Positions 28,743 to 39,249 of a DNA stretch of 64,000 nt are shown one piece after another. The first letter of the stretch is position 1. Every line of letters begins with the position of its first letter. The notes below the pieces were generated by a model that was not told the origin of the DNA, made no database searches, and saw only the letters and a program-made list of their open reading frames with translations. The stretch spans positions 2,803-66,802 of the forward strand of contig JAGCFX010000056.1 of NCBI GenBank assembly GCA_017649925.1, in the 5' to 3' direction. Both the position numbers and the translations under genes were made by a program. Source of the DNA: Paludibacteraceae bacterium (GTDB taxonomy: Bacteria; Bacteroidota; Bacteroidia; Bacteroidales; Paludibacteraceae).

Positions 28743-30287
28743 TTATAGGTTACCGATCGCCAATAACGCATTCTTGATGCGTTTGATGGTTTCTTCTTTG
28801 CCGAGCACGTCAGTGATAGCCCAGATGTGCGGACCTCTGGCAGCGCCGACAAGGCAAATACGGAAAGCGTTCATTACGATGCCCACACCATATTCCTTGG
28901 CCTCAATCCACGGCATTACCAGTCCGTCCAAGGTCTCTGCGTCCCATGACGAAACACCTTCAAGCAATTCCAACAACTCGGTCATATGTCGCGGAGAATC
29001 CTCTTTCCAGCGCTTCTTAAGCGATTTCTCGTCGTATTCGGTCGGAGCCACGAAGAAGAAGTTCGTCTGCTCCCAGAGCTCCGGAACAAAGTTCACGCGG
29101 TCTTTGGTCAAGCCGATGACGGTGGCTACCATCTGCATATCCGGATTCTCAATGCCGTTGGCCTTTAGTGTAGGCAGGAACATCTCCGCCAACTCCTCGT
29201 TGCTGCGGAGTTGCAGGTATTGGTGGTTGAACCATTTGCCTTTCTCGTAGTCGAACTTAGCGCCGGATTTGGAGACGCGGTCAAGCGAGAACTCCATGAT
29301 CAGTTCTTCCATCGTGTACAGCTCTTGATCGCCTGTGCCGTGCCATCCAAGGAGTGCAAGGAAATTGATCACTGCCTCTGGCAGATAGCCGCTCTCACGA
29401 TAGCCTGACGATACTGTGCCGTCTTTCTGATTGTGAAACTCCAACGGGAAGACAGGGAAACCGAGACGGTCACCGTCACGTTTGCTCAACTTACCGTTTC
29501 CATCGGGTTTAAGAAGCAGTGGCAAGTGCGCAAACTCAGGCATCGTGTCTTGCCAGCCGAAAGCGCGGTAAAGCAGCACATGGAGTGGAGCAGAAGGCAA
29601 CCATTCCTCGCCGCGAATGACGTGACTCACTTCCATCAGATGGTCATCGACGATGTTTGCCAAGTGGTATGTAGGCAGGTCGTCCGCTGATTTATACAGC
29701 ACTTTGTCGTCCAATATATTGCTGTTAATAACTACTTCCCCGCGAATCAGATCATGAACATGAACATCCTCGTTGGGCTCCACTTTGAAGCGTACCACAT
29801 ATTTCTCGCCATTATCGATAAGGCGTTTTACTTCTTCTGCCGGCATTGTGAGCGAGTTACGCATTTGCATACGCGTCCGCGCGTCGTACTGAAAATTAGG
29901 AATCTCTGCGCGTTTTGCTTCCAATTCCTCCGGCGTATCAAACGCAATATAGGCATGGCCGCTGTCCAATAACTGCTTTACATACTGATGATAGATCTCC
30001 CTGCGCTCGGACTGGCGATAAGGACCATGCTCTCCAACGGCTTCTATTTTCCCGTCCCGCATGCGCAGACCTTCATCAATGCCGATGCCTAACCAATCCA
30101 AAGCCTCTAAGATATATTCCTCTGCGCCTGGCACAAAACGAGTACTATCCGTATCTTCGATACGGAGCAACATGTCACCGCCGTGCTGACGGGCAAACAA
30201 ATAGTTATACAAGGCGGTACGAACACCGCCGATGTGCAACGCGCCAGTAGGACTCGGCGCAAAACGAACTCGAACTCTTCTTTCCAT
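28743..30287 (-). CDS. gltX: glutamate--tRNA ligase
   Basis: [14 protein letters not shown] (HIGH) and KLSKR (KMSKS). Confidence 0.95.
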   Translation of the reverse strand: MERRVRVRFAPSPTGALHIGGVRTALYNYLFARQHGGDMLLRIEDTDSTRFVPGAEEYILEALDWLGIGIDEGLRMRDGKIEAVGEHGPYRQSERREIYHQYVKQLLDSGHAYIAFDTPEELEAKRAEIPNFQYDARTRMQMRNSLTMPAEEVKRLIDNGEKYVVRFKVEPNEDVHVHDLIRGEVVINSNILDDKVLYKSADDLPTYHLANIVDDHLMEVSHVIRGEEWLPSAPLHVLLYRAFGWQDTMPEFAHLPLLLKPDGNGKLSKRDGDRLGFPVFPLEFHNQKDGTVSSGYRESGYLPEAVINFLALLGWHGTGDQELYTMEELIMEFSLDRVSKSGAKFDYEKGKWFNHQYLQLRSNEELAEMFLPTLKANGIENPDMQMVATVIGLTKDRVNFVPELWEQTNFFFVAPTEYDEKSLKKRWKEDSPRHMTELLELLEGVSSWDAETLDGLVMPWIEAKEYGVGIVMNAFRICLVGAARGPHIWAITDVLGKEETIKRIKNALLAIGNL

Positions 30288-30309
30288 AATTCAGAAACCT
30301 TTGCGGCTG

Positions 30310-30317
30310 CAAAGGTA
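30310..30317 (-). promoter_or_regulatory. -7 promoter box TACCTTTG for gltX
   Basis: TAnnTTTG on the minus strand, 23 nt upstream of the ATG at 30287. Part of the palindrome CCTTTGC-GGC-TGCAAAGG. Confidence 0.5.
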
Positions 30318-30388
30318 CTGCTTTTTTTTGACATATGCAAATTTTTGGCACGAATATTGTTGTACATATTCAAAAATCGCACAAAATT

Positions 30389-30727
30389 ATGAAACGTTAT
30401 CTCTTTTTACTCGTATCTGCCGTTATCGCCGTTAGTGCTTGGGCATCTGATGTTGTTATTGACAAGAACAACTGTACCATTATCAAAGACGGCAAAGCTT
30501 ATCCGCTTTACGGCAAAATAAAGATCGTCGATTCCTTTGAGGACGTGAAGGTCAAGATTGTGGATTGCTTTGAGGATGTGGACATTAAGATCGTCGATTC
30601 TTTTGAAGACTCATGTGGCAAGGTCAAGCTGGTAAACTCTTTTGAGGACGTGAAGGTCAAGATTGTTGACTGCTTTGAGGACGTAAAAGTCAAACTGGTC
30701 GATTGTTTTGAAGGTGTCAAAAAGTAA
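30389..30727 (+). CDS. small secreted protein built from tandem decapeptide repeats (VKIVD[SC]FEDV)
   Basis: Signal peptide MKRYLFLLVSAVIAVSAWA, then a ~35-aa unique region, then about 6.5 repeats. Confidence 0.6.
   Translation: MKRYLFLLVSAVIAVSAWASDVVIDKNNCTIIKDGKAYPLYGKIKIVDSFEDVKVKIVDCFEDVDIKIVDSFEDSCGKVKLVNSFEDVKVKIVDCFEDVKVKLVDCFEGVKK
30515..30721 (+). repeat. 30-bp in-frame tandem repeat array (coding)
   Basis: aagatcgtcgattcctttgaggacgtgaaggtc-type unit repeated about 6.5 times, with one 36-bp variant. Confidence 0.85.
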
Positions 30728-30756
30728 TCGCCCTGCCGAACTATTCTATGAACAAG

Positions 30757-30779
30757 GAGCCTTAAGGCTCTTTTTTTTT
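30757..30779 (+). terminator. intrinsic terminator
   Basis: GAGCC-TTAA-GGCTC followed by a T9 run. Confidence 0.8.
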
Positions 30780-30810
30780 CTTTTTTCTTGCGTATATAAA
30801 AAAAAAGCAG

Positions 30811-30818
30811 TATCTTTG
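30811..30818 (+). promoter_or_regulatory. -7 promoter box TATCTTTG for the mce-mmd operon
   Basis: TAnnTTTG match upstream of the ATG at 30876. Confidence 0.55.
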
Positions 30819-30875
30819 TAGCCGATTTTGATTAAAACAAGAAAAACACTACAAACAATTAAATATTTATTCTTT

Positions 30876-31289
30876 ATGAAACCCACACACATTGAGCATT
30901 TGGGCATCGCAGTGCCCAGTTTGGAAGAGGCAATGCCCTTCTTCGAATTCCTCTCCGGTAGCAAATGCTACAGTATTGAGGAAGTAGCAGACCAGAAAGT
31001 ACGCACCGCATTCTTTAAGGTCGGAGAAGTGAAGATTGAGCTTCTTGAGCCGACGAGCGAGGAATCTACCATTGCCAAGTTCATTGAGAAGAACGGCGGT
31101 CGCGGTGGTGTTCACCACGTAGCTTTCAACGTAGAGAACGTAGCTGATGCGCTTGCAGAGTGCGAGGCAGCAGGCATCCAACTCATCGACAAAGCTCCGC
31201 GCAAAGGTGCTGAGAACCTTATGATAGCGTTCCTGCACCCGAAATCAACCAAAGGTGTATTAACTGAACTTTGTCAACAACCGAAGTAA
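30876..31289 (+). CDS. mce: methylmalonyl-CoA epimerase
   Basis: Start at MKPTHIEHLGIAV. VOC/glyoxalase fold with the GGVHHVAF block. Confidence 0.88.
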   Translation: MKPTHIEHLGIAVPSLEEAMPFFEFLSGSKCYSIEEVADQKVRTAFFKVGEVKIELLEPTSEESTIAKFIEKNGGRGGVHHVAFNVENVADALAECEAAGIQLIDKAPRKGAENLMIAFLHPKSTKGVLTELCQQPK

Positions 31290-31290
31290 T

Positions 31291-32847
31291 ATGGATCAGG
31301 CTAAATTAGACAGGCTGGTAGAGAACCGCGAGAAGGCAATGGCCGGAGGCGGTGAGGCAGCCGTTGAGAAACATCATGCCAAGGGCAGCTATACCGCTCG
31401 CGAGCGAATCAATATGCTGCTTGACGAGGGTTCTTTTGAGGAAGTGAATATGTTCCTCACGCATCGTTGCCACGACTTTGGTATGGAGAAGAAAGTGTTC
31501 TTGGGTGACGGCGTAGCTGTCGGCTCGGGAACTATTGACGGTCGTTTGGTATTTGTGTTTGCTCAGGATGCTACCGTTATTGGCGGATCGTTGAGCGAGA
31601 CAATGGCACTGAAGATATGCAACGTAATGGACCAGGCGATGAAGCTCGGCGCACCGATCATCGGTCTCAATGACTCCGGTGGCGCGCGTATTCAGGAAGG
31701 CGCATGTGCGCTGGCAGGCTATGCAGAGATCTTCGAACGTAACATCCTTGCTTCTGGCGTTGTGCCGCAGATAAGCGTTATCTTTGGTCCGTGCGCAGGT
31801 GGAGCAGTATATAGCCCTGCGTTGACAGACTTCATCCTGATGACTGAGCAGAACAGTTACATGTTCATTACCGGTCCGAAGGTAGTGAAAGCCGTTACGG
31901 GCGAGGATGTGACCGTTGAGCAACTCGGTGGTGCTAAGATTCACGCATCCAAGTCCGGTGTTACCCATTTCGTAGCAGAGACCGAGGAAGAGGCTATTGC
32001 GCAAGTGCGCCGCCTTGTTTCCTTTATCCCGCAGAATAATATGGAGGAGGCTCCGCTGGTTGAGTGCACAGACGACATCACACGCGTGGACGATAACCTG
32101 AACGACCTTGTGCCTGCAGACCCGAACAAGCCGTATGATATGCATGAAATCATCAATACCATCGTGGATAACGGCGACTTTATGGAAGTTCATAAGGATT
32201 ATGCAAAGAACGTTATCTGCGGCTTTGCGCGCTTCAATGGTCGCTCAACTGGTATTATTGCCAATCAGCCGTCATGGCTTGCCGGCGTGCTGGATTGCGA
32301 TGCTTCTCGTAAGGCCGCACGTTTCGTGCGTTTCTGCGACGCATTTAACATCCAGATTCTGACGCTTGTTGACGTTCCGGGCTTCCTTTGCGGTACCGGA
32401 CAGGAATATGCAGGCATCATTGATCATGGTGCAAAACTGATGTTTGCTTACGGCGAAGCGACTGTTCCAAAGGTAACTATCACCGTTCGCAAGTCTTACG
32501 GCGGTTCTCATATCGTGATGAGTTGTAAGCAACTCCGCGGCGACATGTGCTACGCATGGCCGAATGCTGAGATTGCTGTGATGGGTGCCAGCGGTGCGGT
32601 AGGTGTGCTGCAAGCCAAAGCCATCAAAGCCATCGAGGATGCTGAAGAGAAGAAGAAATTCATCGCAGAGAAGGAGGCGGAATACAAAGATCTGTTCGCT
32701 TCGCCTTATCAGGCTGCCAATCGCGGGTACATCGATGACGTTATTGAGCCGCGCTACACCCGTAGTCGCATCATTCGTGCGTTTGAGATGTTGCAGACCA
32801 AGCGTCTGACCAATCCGCTTAAGAAACACTCTAATATACCTCTGTAA
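31291..32847 (+). CDS. mmdA: methylmalonyl-CoA decarboxylase alpha subunit (carboxyltransferase)
   Basis: 518-aa carboxyl-transferase domain protein. Operon context with OadG, BCCP and the beta subunit. Confidence 0.88.
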   Translation: MDQAKLDRLVENREKAMAGGGEAAVEKHHAKGSYTARERINMLLDEGSFEEVNMFLTHRCHDFGMEKKVFLGDGVAVGSGTIDGRLVFVFAQDATVIGGSLSETMALKICNVMDQAMKLGAPIIGLNDSGGARIQEGACALAGYAEIFERNILASGVVPQISVIFGPCAGGAVYSPALTDFILMTEQNSYMFITGPKVVKAVTGEDVTVEQLGGAKIHASKSGVTHFVAETEEEAIAQVRRLVSFIPQNNMEEAPLVECTDDITRVDDNLNDLVPADPNKPYDMHEIINTIVDNGDFMEVHKDYAKNVICGFARFNGRSTGIIANQPSWLAGVLDCDASRKAARFVRFCDAFNIQILTLVDVPGFLCGTGQEYAGIIDHGAKLMFAYGEATVPKVTITVRKSYGGSHIVMSCKQLRGDMCYAWPNAEIAVMGASGAVGVLQAKAIKAIEDAEEKKKFIAEKEAEYKDLFASPYQAANRGYIDDVIEPRYTRSRIIRAFEMLQTKRLTNPLKKHSNIPL

Positions 32848-32849
32848 TT

Positions 32850-33230
32850 ATGGTACTTTTAGCAGTTACAGCAGATACGTGGATCGTGACCGGCTTAGGT
32901 TTCGGTATTGTGTTGGTGCTCCTTTTCTGCCTTGTGTATATTCTCCAGTTCTTTGGATGGACAATGCAGAAGATAGAAGCACCGCGAGCACCGAAAGAGC
33001 CCAAAGCACCGAAGGCTGTCAAATCGGCAGAACCGACGGACGAGGGCACCAAAGCCGCTATCGCCATGGCGATCTCTGAAGCCCACAACGACGATCTCGT
33101 CGCAGTGGCTTATGCGCTTTATCTTGCGCAGAATAAGAAACATGACATTCCGACCGCTATGATCTCGCTGCATAAGCATGACACGGCTTGGAACGAGAAG
33201 TCTATTGGTATGAACAATCAAGGTTTTTAA
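32850..33230 (+). CDS. mmdD: OadG-family small membrane subunit (decarboxylase delta subunit)
   Basis: N-terminal TM helix, Pro/Ala/Lys linker, operon position. Confidence 0.65.
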   Translation: MVLLAVTADTWIVTGLGFGIVLVLLFCLVYILQFFGWTMQKIEAPRAPKEPKAPKAVKSAEPTDEGTKAAIAMAISEAHNDDLVAVAYALYLAQNKKHDIPTAMISLHKHDTAWNEKSIGMNNQGF

Positions 33231-33232
33231 TT

Positions 33233-33676
33233 ATGAAAGAATTCACATTCAAAATCAATGGCGCAGAGTACAAGTGCGCTGTAGAAGAAATAGAAGCCGG
33301 CAAGACGAACGTCACCGTTAACGGCAAAGTGTATACTGTAGAGACAGAGGCTCCCAAGGCTGCCGCTCCGGCACCGAAATCCGCCGCTGCTCCTGCTCCA
33401 AAGCCAGCAGCACCTGCTGCTCCCAAGGCAGAAGCACCCAAACCTGCGGCTCCTGTTGCAGGAGGTGTACAGGTGAAGAGCCCGCTGCCTGGTAGCGTTA
33501 TCAAAGTGCTGGTAAGCGAAGGACAAGCCGTTAAGAAAGGCGACACACTGCTCACTCTCGAGTCTATGAAGATGGAGAACGCCATCATGGCTGAGCAGGA
33601 CGGTACGGTAAAACAGATTGCCGTTTCCGCAGGCCAGAACGTAATGCAAGACGATTTACTCATAGTTCTTGGATAA
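33233..33676 (+). CDS. mmdC: biotin carboxyl carrier subunit
   Basis: Ala/Pro linker and biotinyl-lysine motif LESMKMEN. Confidence 0.85.
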   Translation: MKEFTFKINGAEYKCAVEEIEAGKTNVTVNGKVYTVETEAPKAAAPAPKSAAAPAPKPAAPAAPKAEAPKPAAPVAGGVQVKSPLPGSVIKVLVSEGQAVKKGDTLLTLESMKMENAIMAEQDGTVKQIAVSAGQNVMQDDLLIVLG

Positions 33677-34853
33677 TATGAATATCATTGAGTTTTTCCA
33701 AGGCATGGGTTTCATGCAGATGTGCTGGCAACAGGCTATCATGCTGTTGATCAGTTTCTTTCTGCTGTTCCTTGCTATTCATAAGAAATATGAGCCGCTA
33801 TTGTTGCTGCCCATCGCATTCGGTATGCTTCTGACAAACCTACCGGGCGCAGGGATGTTTCATAGCGAGTTATGGTCGGCATTCCTTGATCCGGAGAGTC
33901 CGGCTTACCATTCTTACGGAGTTATTCTTAAAGAGGGTGGTCTGCTCGACGTGCTGTATATAGGCGTCAAGGCGGGTGTTTATCCTTGCTTGATATTCAT
34001 TGGTGTAGGTGCCATGACAGATTTTGGACCGCTGATTGCCAATCCTAAATCACTCATCCTGGGTGCAGCTGCTCAGATAGGCATCTTTGTTACCTTCCTC
34101 TGCGCCAATCTGATGGGCTTCTCGCCCGCAGAGGCCGGTTCTATCGGTATCATCGGCGGTGCAGACGGTCCTACATCTATCTTCCTGACCTCTAAGTTAG
34201 CCCCGCACCTCTTGGGCCCGATTGCTATTGCTGCTTACAGTTACATGGCTCTCGTGCCGGTTATTCAGCCGCCTATCATGCGCGCGCTGACGACCAAGAA
34301 AGAGCGTGCTATTAAGATGGGACAGCTCCGTCCTGTAAGCAAGACCGAGAAGATCGTCTTCCCGATCATTATCACGGCCATTGTGGCATTGATCCTTCCG
34401 GATGCAGCTCCACTGATCGGCTGTCTGATGTTAGGCAACCTGATGAAAGAGTGTGGTGTGGTAGAGCGTCTCTCAAAGACCGCACAGAACGAACTGATGA
34501 ACATCGTCGTTATCTTCCTTGGTCTCTCCGTGGGTGCAACGGCTACTGCCGGCAGTTTCCTCAACTGGCAGACCCTGATGATTCTGGCAATGGGTATCGT
34601 CGCTTTCGGTCTCGGTAGCGCAGGAGGTGTGCTGCTAGCTAAGTTTATGAACCTCTTCCTCAAAGAGAAGATCAACCCGCTGATTGGCTCTGCAGGCGTT
34701 TCTGCCGTACCAATGGCTGCGCGCGTGAGTCAGACCGTGGGACAAGAAGAGAACCCGTCGAACTTCCTGCTTATGCACGCCATGGGTCCGAATGTAGCCG
34801 GTGTGATCGGTTCTGCCGTTGCTGCGGGTGTCCTCCTGACGATGTTAGGATAA
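33669..34853 (+). CDS. mmdB: Na+-translocating decarboxylase beta subunit
   Basis: About 9-TM protein, OadB/MmdB-like (GADGPT, NLMKE blocks). Confidence 0.88.
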   Translation: MDNMNIIEFFQGMGFMQMCWQQAIMLLISFFLLFLAIHKKYEPLLLLPIAFGMLLTNLPGAGMFHSELWSAFLDPESPAYHSYGVILKEGGLLDVLYIGVKAGVYPCLIFIGVGAMTDFGPLIANPKSLILGAAAQIGIFVTFLCANLMGFSPAEAGSIGIIGGADGPTSIFLTSKLAPHLLGPIAIAAYSYMALVPVIQPPIMRALTTKKERAIKMGQLRPVSKTEKIVFPIIITAIVALILPDAAPLIGCLMLGNLMKECGVVERLSKTAQNELMNIVVIFLGLSVGATATAGSFLNWQTLMILAMGIVAFGLGSAGGVLLAKFMNLFLKEKINPLIGSAGVSAVPMAARVSQTVGQEENPSNFLLMHAMGPNVAGVIGSAVAAGVLLTMLG

Positions 34854-34856
34854 TCT

Positions 34857-35969
34857 ATGTCGAACAGACGCATAGGAACAATAGTATTGGTAATAGCCAT
34901 GGTGATCGTGGCTATTTCCGTGCTATTTACCAATAATCTCGCGCGAGCGTTGCAGGCGGAGGAGCAGAAGAACATGGCGGTGTGGGCGGATGCTACGCAG
35001 CGTCTTATCCTTGCTGACAGTAATGCGGATATTGATTTCGTGTCTTCTATCATCGAGGGCAATACCACTATTCCTGTTTATATCTGCGACGAGGAAGGAA
35101 AGATTCTTGCCAGCCGTAATGTGCCGGAAGGGAAGGAGACTGTCGGTAAGCACGGGCCTATAGAAGTGAAGATCAGCGATGAAGTATCCCAATATATATA
35201 TTGGGATGACAGTCATCTGTTGACCCGTTTGCGTTATGTGCCTTATGCCCAGTTTGCTCTTATCTTCATCTTCATCGTCATTGCAGTCATCACCATGCTG
35301 ACTGCCCAACGCAGCGAGGAGAATCGTCTATGGGTAGGATTATCCAAAGAGACAGCTCATCAACTCGGCACGCCGATCTCGTCGCTCAATGCCTGGCAGC
35401 AACTGCTTGCAGAGGCTTATCCGAACGATGAGTATGTGCCGCAGATGAAGCGCGATATTGAGCGCCTGCAGATGATTGCCGACCGCTTTCAGAAGATAGG
35501 CTCAGAGCCCGCGTTACAGCCCGAGAACCTCATTCCCGTTATTCAGAATGCCGTCAGTTATATGCGCGCCCGCAGTAGCAGCCGCATCGTCATTGACGAC
35601 CATTGTCTGGAAGGCGTTAATCGCACCGTGATGCTCAACGCGCCGCTAATGCAGTGGGTGGTAGAGAACCTATTGAAGAATGCAGTGGATGCCATCTCTG
35701 GAAAGGGCTCCATAACGCTGCAGATCCACGAGAACGAGCGCGATGTGATGCTCGACATTACCGACACCGGCAAGGGAATAGACAATAAAAACCAGCGTCA
35801 CATCTTTGAGCCGGGCTTTACATCTAAGGATAGAGGGTGGGGCTTAGGCCTTCCACTCGCCAAACGTATCGTCGAGCAGTACCATGGAGGCAAACTCCTG
35901 CTTAAGCACTCGCAGCCGGGCGTCGGAACGACCTTCCGCATCGTTATCAAAAAGCCCGAATACCGTTGA
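34857..35969 (+). CDS. membrane sensor histidine kinase (orphan, no adjacent response regulator)
   Basis: Two TM segments, H box ETAHQLGTPISSL, N box NLLKNAVDA, G1 DTGKGI, G2 GWGLGL. Confidence 0.8.
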   Translation: MSNRRIGTIVLVIAMVIVAISVLFTNNLARALQAEEQKNMAVWADATQRLILADSNADIDFVSSIIEGNTTIPVYICDEEGKILASRNVPEGKETVGKHGPIEVKISDEVSQYIYWDDSHLLTRLRYVPYAQFALIFIFIVIAVITMLTAQRSEENRLWVGLSKETAHQLGTPISSLNAWQQLLAEAYPNDEYVPQMKRDIERLQMIADRFQKIGSEPALQPENLIPVIQNAVSYMRARSSSRIVIDDHCLEGVNRTVMLNAPLMQWVVENLLKNAVDAISGKGSITLQIHENERDVMLDITDTGKGIDNKNQRHIFEPGFTSKDRGWGLGLPLAKRIVEQYHGGKLLLKHSQPGVGTTFRIVIKKPEYR

Positions 35970-36656
35970 ACCACTGCCCGTCATACTTGCATAATAAGCG
36001 CCTGCGTCAAGCAGACGCTTTTTTATTTCCGCAATAATAGGATGGTGGGGGAATACCGTCTTCTCAAAATCATTCGTCTTACGGTCAAAAGGATGGGGAT
36101 TGGGCACTATTCCGCAATAAGCCTCTTTGGTGGACACTCCCTCGTCGGGTTTGATCATCACAATACGTTTGCCTTTGAGGTCCAGATCAATGGGCGTCAG
36201 AATATCTCCGATGCCCTCTGCATAGCAAGGCGTATTGTAAATAAAGAACGGGCAATCGGCACCTAACGGTCTCACTTCTTCCACCAATTGTTGCTTCGTC
36301 AAACCCAAACCAAAAAGTTCATTTATGGCAATGGCCATGTGCGCCGCATCGCTACTTCCGCCACCCAGTCCTGCACCGAAAGGAATCGTTTTTTTGAAAC
36401 GAATAGCCACTTTGCCTACCTGCTTATACTTGTTCGCAAAGGATTGGTAGCATTTTATAATCAGATTGTCCTCCGGCTTACAGTCCACAGAAAGGCCTTC
36501 CTGAACGAAGGAAAAGGTGTCAGAAGGCGTCACTTCCAACTCATCATGTAAGCCGTAAATGGGGACAAAAACAGTCTCCAGATCATGGTAGCCGTCCTCC
36601 CGCTTGCGCACCACGCGCAGGCCTAAGTTAATTTTACAATTCGGATAAAGCAGCAT
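35844..36656 (-). CDS. ispE: 4-diphosphocytidyl-2-C-methyl-D-erythritol kinase
   Basis: KINLGLRV and the GHMP motif PFGAGLGGGSSDAA. Confidence 0.9.
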   Translation of the reverse strand: MLLYPNCKINLGLRVVRKREDGYHDLETVFVPIYGLHDELEVTPSDTFSFVQEGLSVDCKPEDNLIIKCYQSFANKYKQVGKVAIRFKKTIPFGAGLGGGSSDAAHMAIAINELFGLGLTKQQLVEEVRPLGADCPFFIYNTPCYAEGIGDILTPIDLDLKGKRIVMIKPDEGVSTKEAYCGIVPNPHPFDRKTNDFEKTVFPHHPIIAEIKKRLLDAGAYYASMTGSGSTVFGLFDNDAEGRSDARLRVLKQEFASMVLLDDTFGEWKA

Positions 36657-38296
36657 TACTTATACAGGAATCGTTTGATGGACCGTTTGGGTGTGTGCTC
36701 AAAGGGTTTGTCTTGTACTTCGATGTTTGAGACCTTGCTGTAAGAAGGAATCAGGCTATTGAGTTTCACGAGGTTTGCTTTCATGATCTGCTGTATTTCC
36801 TCGAGGCTCATGCGTTTGGTGAGCGTCTCGTCAGGGAAGACCAGTGCCACCAGTTTGCCTTCACGCTCCACGATGAGCGATTCACCAACCGCCTCTTGGT
36901 TATTGAGCTTATCCTCAATTTCTTCGGGGTATATATTCTGTCCCGAAGCACCGAGGAACATCGTTTTGCAGCGCCCTTTGATGTAGATATTCTTCTTTCT
37001 ATCCAGTCGTCCGAGGTCTCCTGTGCGCAGCCATCCGTCTTCCGTGAACGCCGCCTTGGTAGCCTCCGGATTCTTGTAGTAGCCGAGCATCACATCCTCT
37101 CCTTTGACGAGAATCTCGCCGATGCCGGCTTCATTGGGATTATCAATCTTAACGTCCATATTCATCACCGGCACACCTCCTGTGCGGGCTTTGAAATACT
37201 TAGGCGGGTTTCCGCCGATCAGCGGGCCGCACTCCGTCATTCCATAGCCGATAGAGAGCGGGAAATGGATATCCATCAGGCATTTCTCCACCACGGGATT
37301 CATGGCCGCACCGCCGCAGATGAAATAACGCAGCTTGCCGCCGAAGGCTTTTCTAAGGCCTGTCTTCACGCGGCTTTTGAGGAACGCACCGATGATAGGT
37401 GTGTGCCAGAACATGCGGATGGCCCATTTGCTGAGTGTCGGGTCGAGTTTCTGCTTGTAGATCTTCTCTATCACCAAGGGCACTGTTACCACGAGGTAGG
37501 GTTGTACGTCGTTGAGCGCCTTGAGCAGAATAGACGGCGTCGGACTCTTGGTCAGGAAATAAATATGCGTACCTGAACAAAGCGGGTAGAGCAGTTCGCA
37601 CACCTGACCAAACATGTGTGCCAACGGAAGCATCGACACCAGGCGTTGGCCGGGTTCTACCGGTAACATCTTCATTCCCACTTCCACGTTGTTACTCAGC
37701 GATTTACCGTTGAGCATCACACCTTTCGGGCTACCCGTCGAGCCGCTGGTATAGTTGATGAGCGAGAGCGTCTCTGCGTCCGCGGTGAAATAGATGTCCT
37801 CCGGCTCAATGCTGTGCGGGTATTTCTTAGCGAAAGCTTTATCAATGGCCTTGGCGTCCGGCATTTTGACGTCTTCCCGCGCATACAACGTACGCCAGTC
37901 TTCCAACGCAATAGCCGCTTTCAGCTTCTGCGGCATCGTCTGGTGTTGCAGCTCCTTCCATACATAAGGCCCTACAAACAGGAACTCACTATCCGAGTGG
38001 TCCAGCAGATGCGCGATGTCCTCCGCCGTGAAGTCCTGCAATATACTGACACACACACCTTCATAAGCCGCGATGGCAAGGTAGGCAAGCGCCCAATTGG
38101 CGCAGTTACGCCCGCATAGCGCTATCTTATCGCCTCGCTTAATGCCTACCAACTCAAACAACACGTGTAAGCGCAGCATTTCAATGGCCAACTCCCCGAA
38201 TGTATACTCGTGATCCTCGTTGTAGTCCGTCAATGCCGCATCGTTCCATTGATGCGTCATTACGTCCGTCAAATAGTTTAAATAATGTTTCTGCAT
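36656..38296 (-). CDS. AMP-dependent (long-chain) acyl-CoA ligase
   Basis: Start at the ATG at 38296 (MQKHYLNYL). AMP-binding motif YTSGSTGSPKGV, plus GYGMTE. Confidence 0.85.
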   Translation of the reverse strand: MQKHYLNYLTDVMTHQWNDAALTDYNEDHEYTFGELAIEMLRLHVLFELVGIKRGDKIALCGRNCANWALAYLAIAAYEGVCVSILQDFTAEDIAHLLDHSDSEFLFVGPYVWKELQHQTMPQKLKAAIALEDWRTLYAREDVKMPDAKAIDKAFAKKYPHSIEPEDIYFTADAETLSLINYTSGSTGSPKGVMLNGKSLSNNVEVGMKMLPVEPGQRLVSMLPLAHMFGQVCELLYPLCSGTHIYFLTKSPTPSILLKALNDVQPYLVVTVPLVIEKIYKQKLDPTLSKWAIRMFWHTPIIGAFLKSRVKTGLRKAFGGKLRYFICGGAAMNPVVEKCLMDIHFPLSIGYGMTECGPLIGGNPPKYFKARTGGVPVMNMDVKIDNPNEAGIGEILVKGEDVMLGYYKNPEATKAAFTEDGWLRTGDLGRLDRKKNIYIKGRCKTMFLGASGQNIYPEEIEDKLNNQEAVGESLIVEREGKLVALVFPDETLTKRMSLEEIQQIMKANLVKLNSLIPSYSKVSNIEVQDKPFEHTPKRSIKRFLYK

Positions 38297-39215
38297 TATG
38301 GTGTAGAAATTAGTGACAAAATCCAATTCGGGTGCAAAGATACAAAAAATAAATAACATACGCAAGCGCGCGCATGTTTTTTATTAAATAATGTAGGGTA
38401 GAATCGTTAGTGTCTGAGCCGTGCAAAGGTACCGCAGTGTGCACAAGTGTAGTAAGAACGGCCGGATGAGGGAAGAGTAGAGGTACCCTCAGAAGAGCCA
38501 ACGAACAAACGCAGGACAAAATCCTGCGCTTGCTGACTCAATGTGAAAAAATCCATTTTCATTGTAAAATAGGTTAGGGTTTAGGTTTAATGGCAAAAGT
38601 TGCCTTTAAAAATCGATGCAAAGGTAATACATTTTTGTGAACCGTGCAAGAAAAAAATGCAAATTTTAAGCGCAATAAGTGTGAACACAATAATGCATAC
38701 AAATACACAGATTTGTACCGTTTGCAAATAACAGCAAATGGAGTCCGGAGGGCCGTTGTACACAGATTAATAAGAAAAGAGTAGAGTAGTGCCATTTTTC
38801 GGAAATGTTGCAGATGTCGGTAGGGTGTAGAGGACGGCTATAAGGCGCATATTACGCGATTTAAACAAACGTAACTTGCTATATTTCAATAGATAATAAG
38901 ATTACTTGACATTTTACTTTAAGGCAGTCTGTATAGATGGCATCTAATGGCAAAATTGAGGATACTATATGCGTATTATAATGCGTAAACTGCTAATAAT
39001 CTACATATTACAGTAGTTAAGTAAAGTAAAATAAGGTAGTGTTTTGTGGTGGCTGATCGGGTATTGGTGCGTAAAAGGCAGTGCAGTAGTGCAAATTGTT
39101 CCACGAAAAATGATATTCACAAATGTAAATATTTGTAAATCAATATATATTCACAAACAACAAAAATATTTTTCAAAAAAGTTTGCAAACATTTGTGTAT
39201 TTCGGTATTTTTTTG

Positions 39216-39223
39216 TACCTTTG
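39216..39223 (+). promoter_or_regulatory. -7 promoter box TACCTTTG for the HTH regulator gene
   Basis: TAnnTTTG lies 27 nt upstream of the ATG at 39250. Confidence 0.55.
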
Positions 39224-39249
39224 CAGCCGATTTCAAATAATGAATTCTT

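Noticed and set aside
30515-30721. A regular 30-bp repeat array that could be mistaken for a CRISPR array.
   Set aside because: The repeats are directly adjacent with no spacers, are in frame and encode a decapeptide repeat. No cas genes are present.
33202-33663. 153-codon antisense ORF across the biotin carrier gene.
   Set aside because: It is generated by the Ala/Pro-rich linker (GCN/CCN codons). The sense gene has the diagnostic MKM biotinylation motif.
38430-38500. Possible SRP (4.5S) RNA, because of GGCCGGATGAGGGAAGAGTAG resembling the GGAAGCAGC helix-8 motif.
   Set aside because: I could not draw the required long hairpin, and the conserved GNAR tetraloop and symmetric-loop context is missing.
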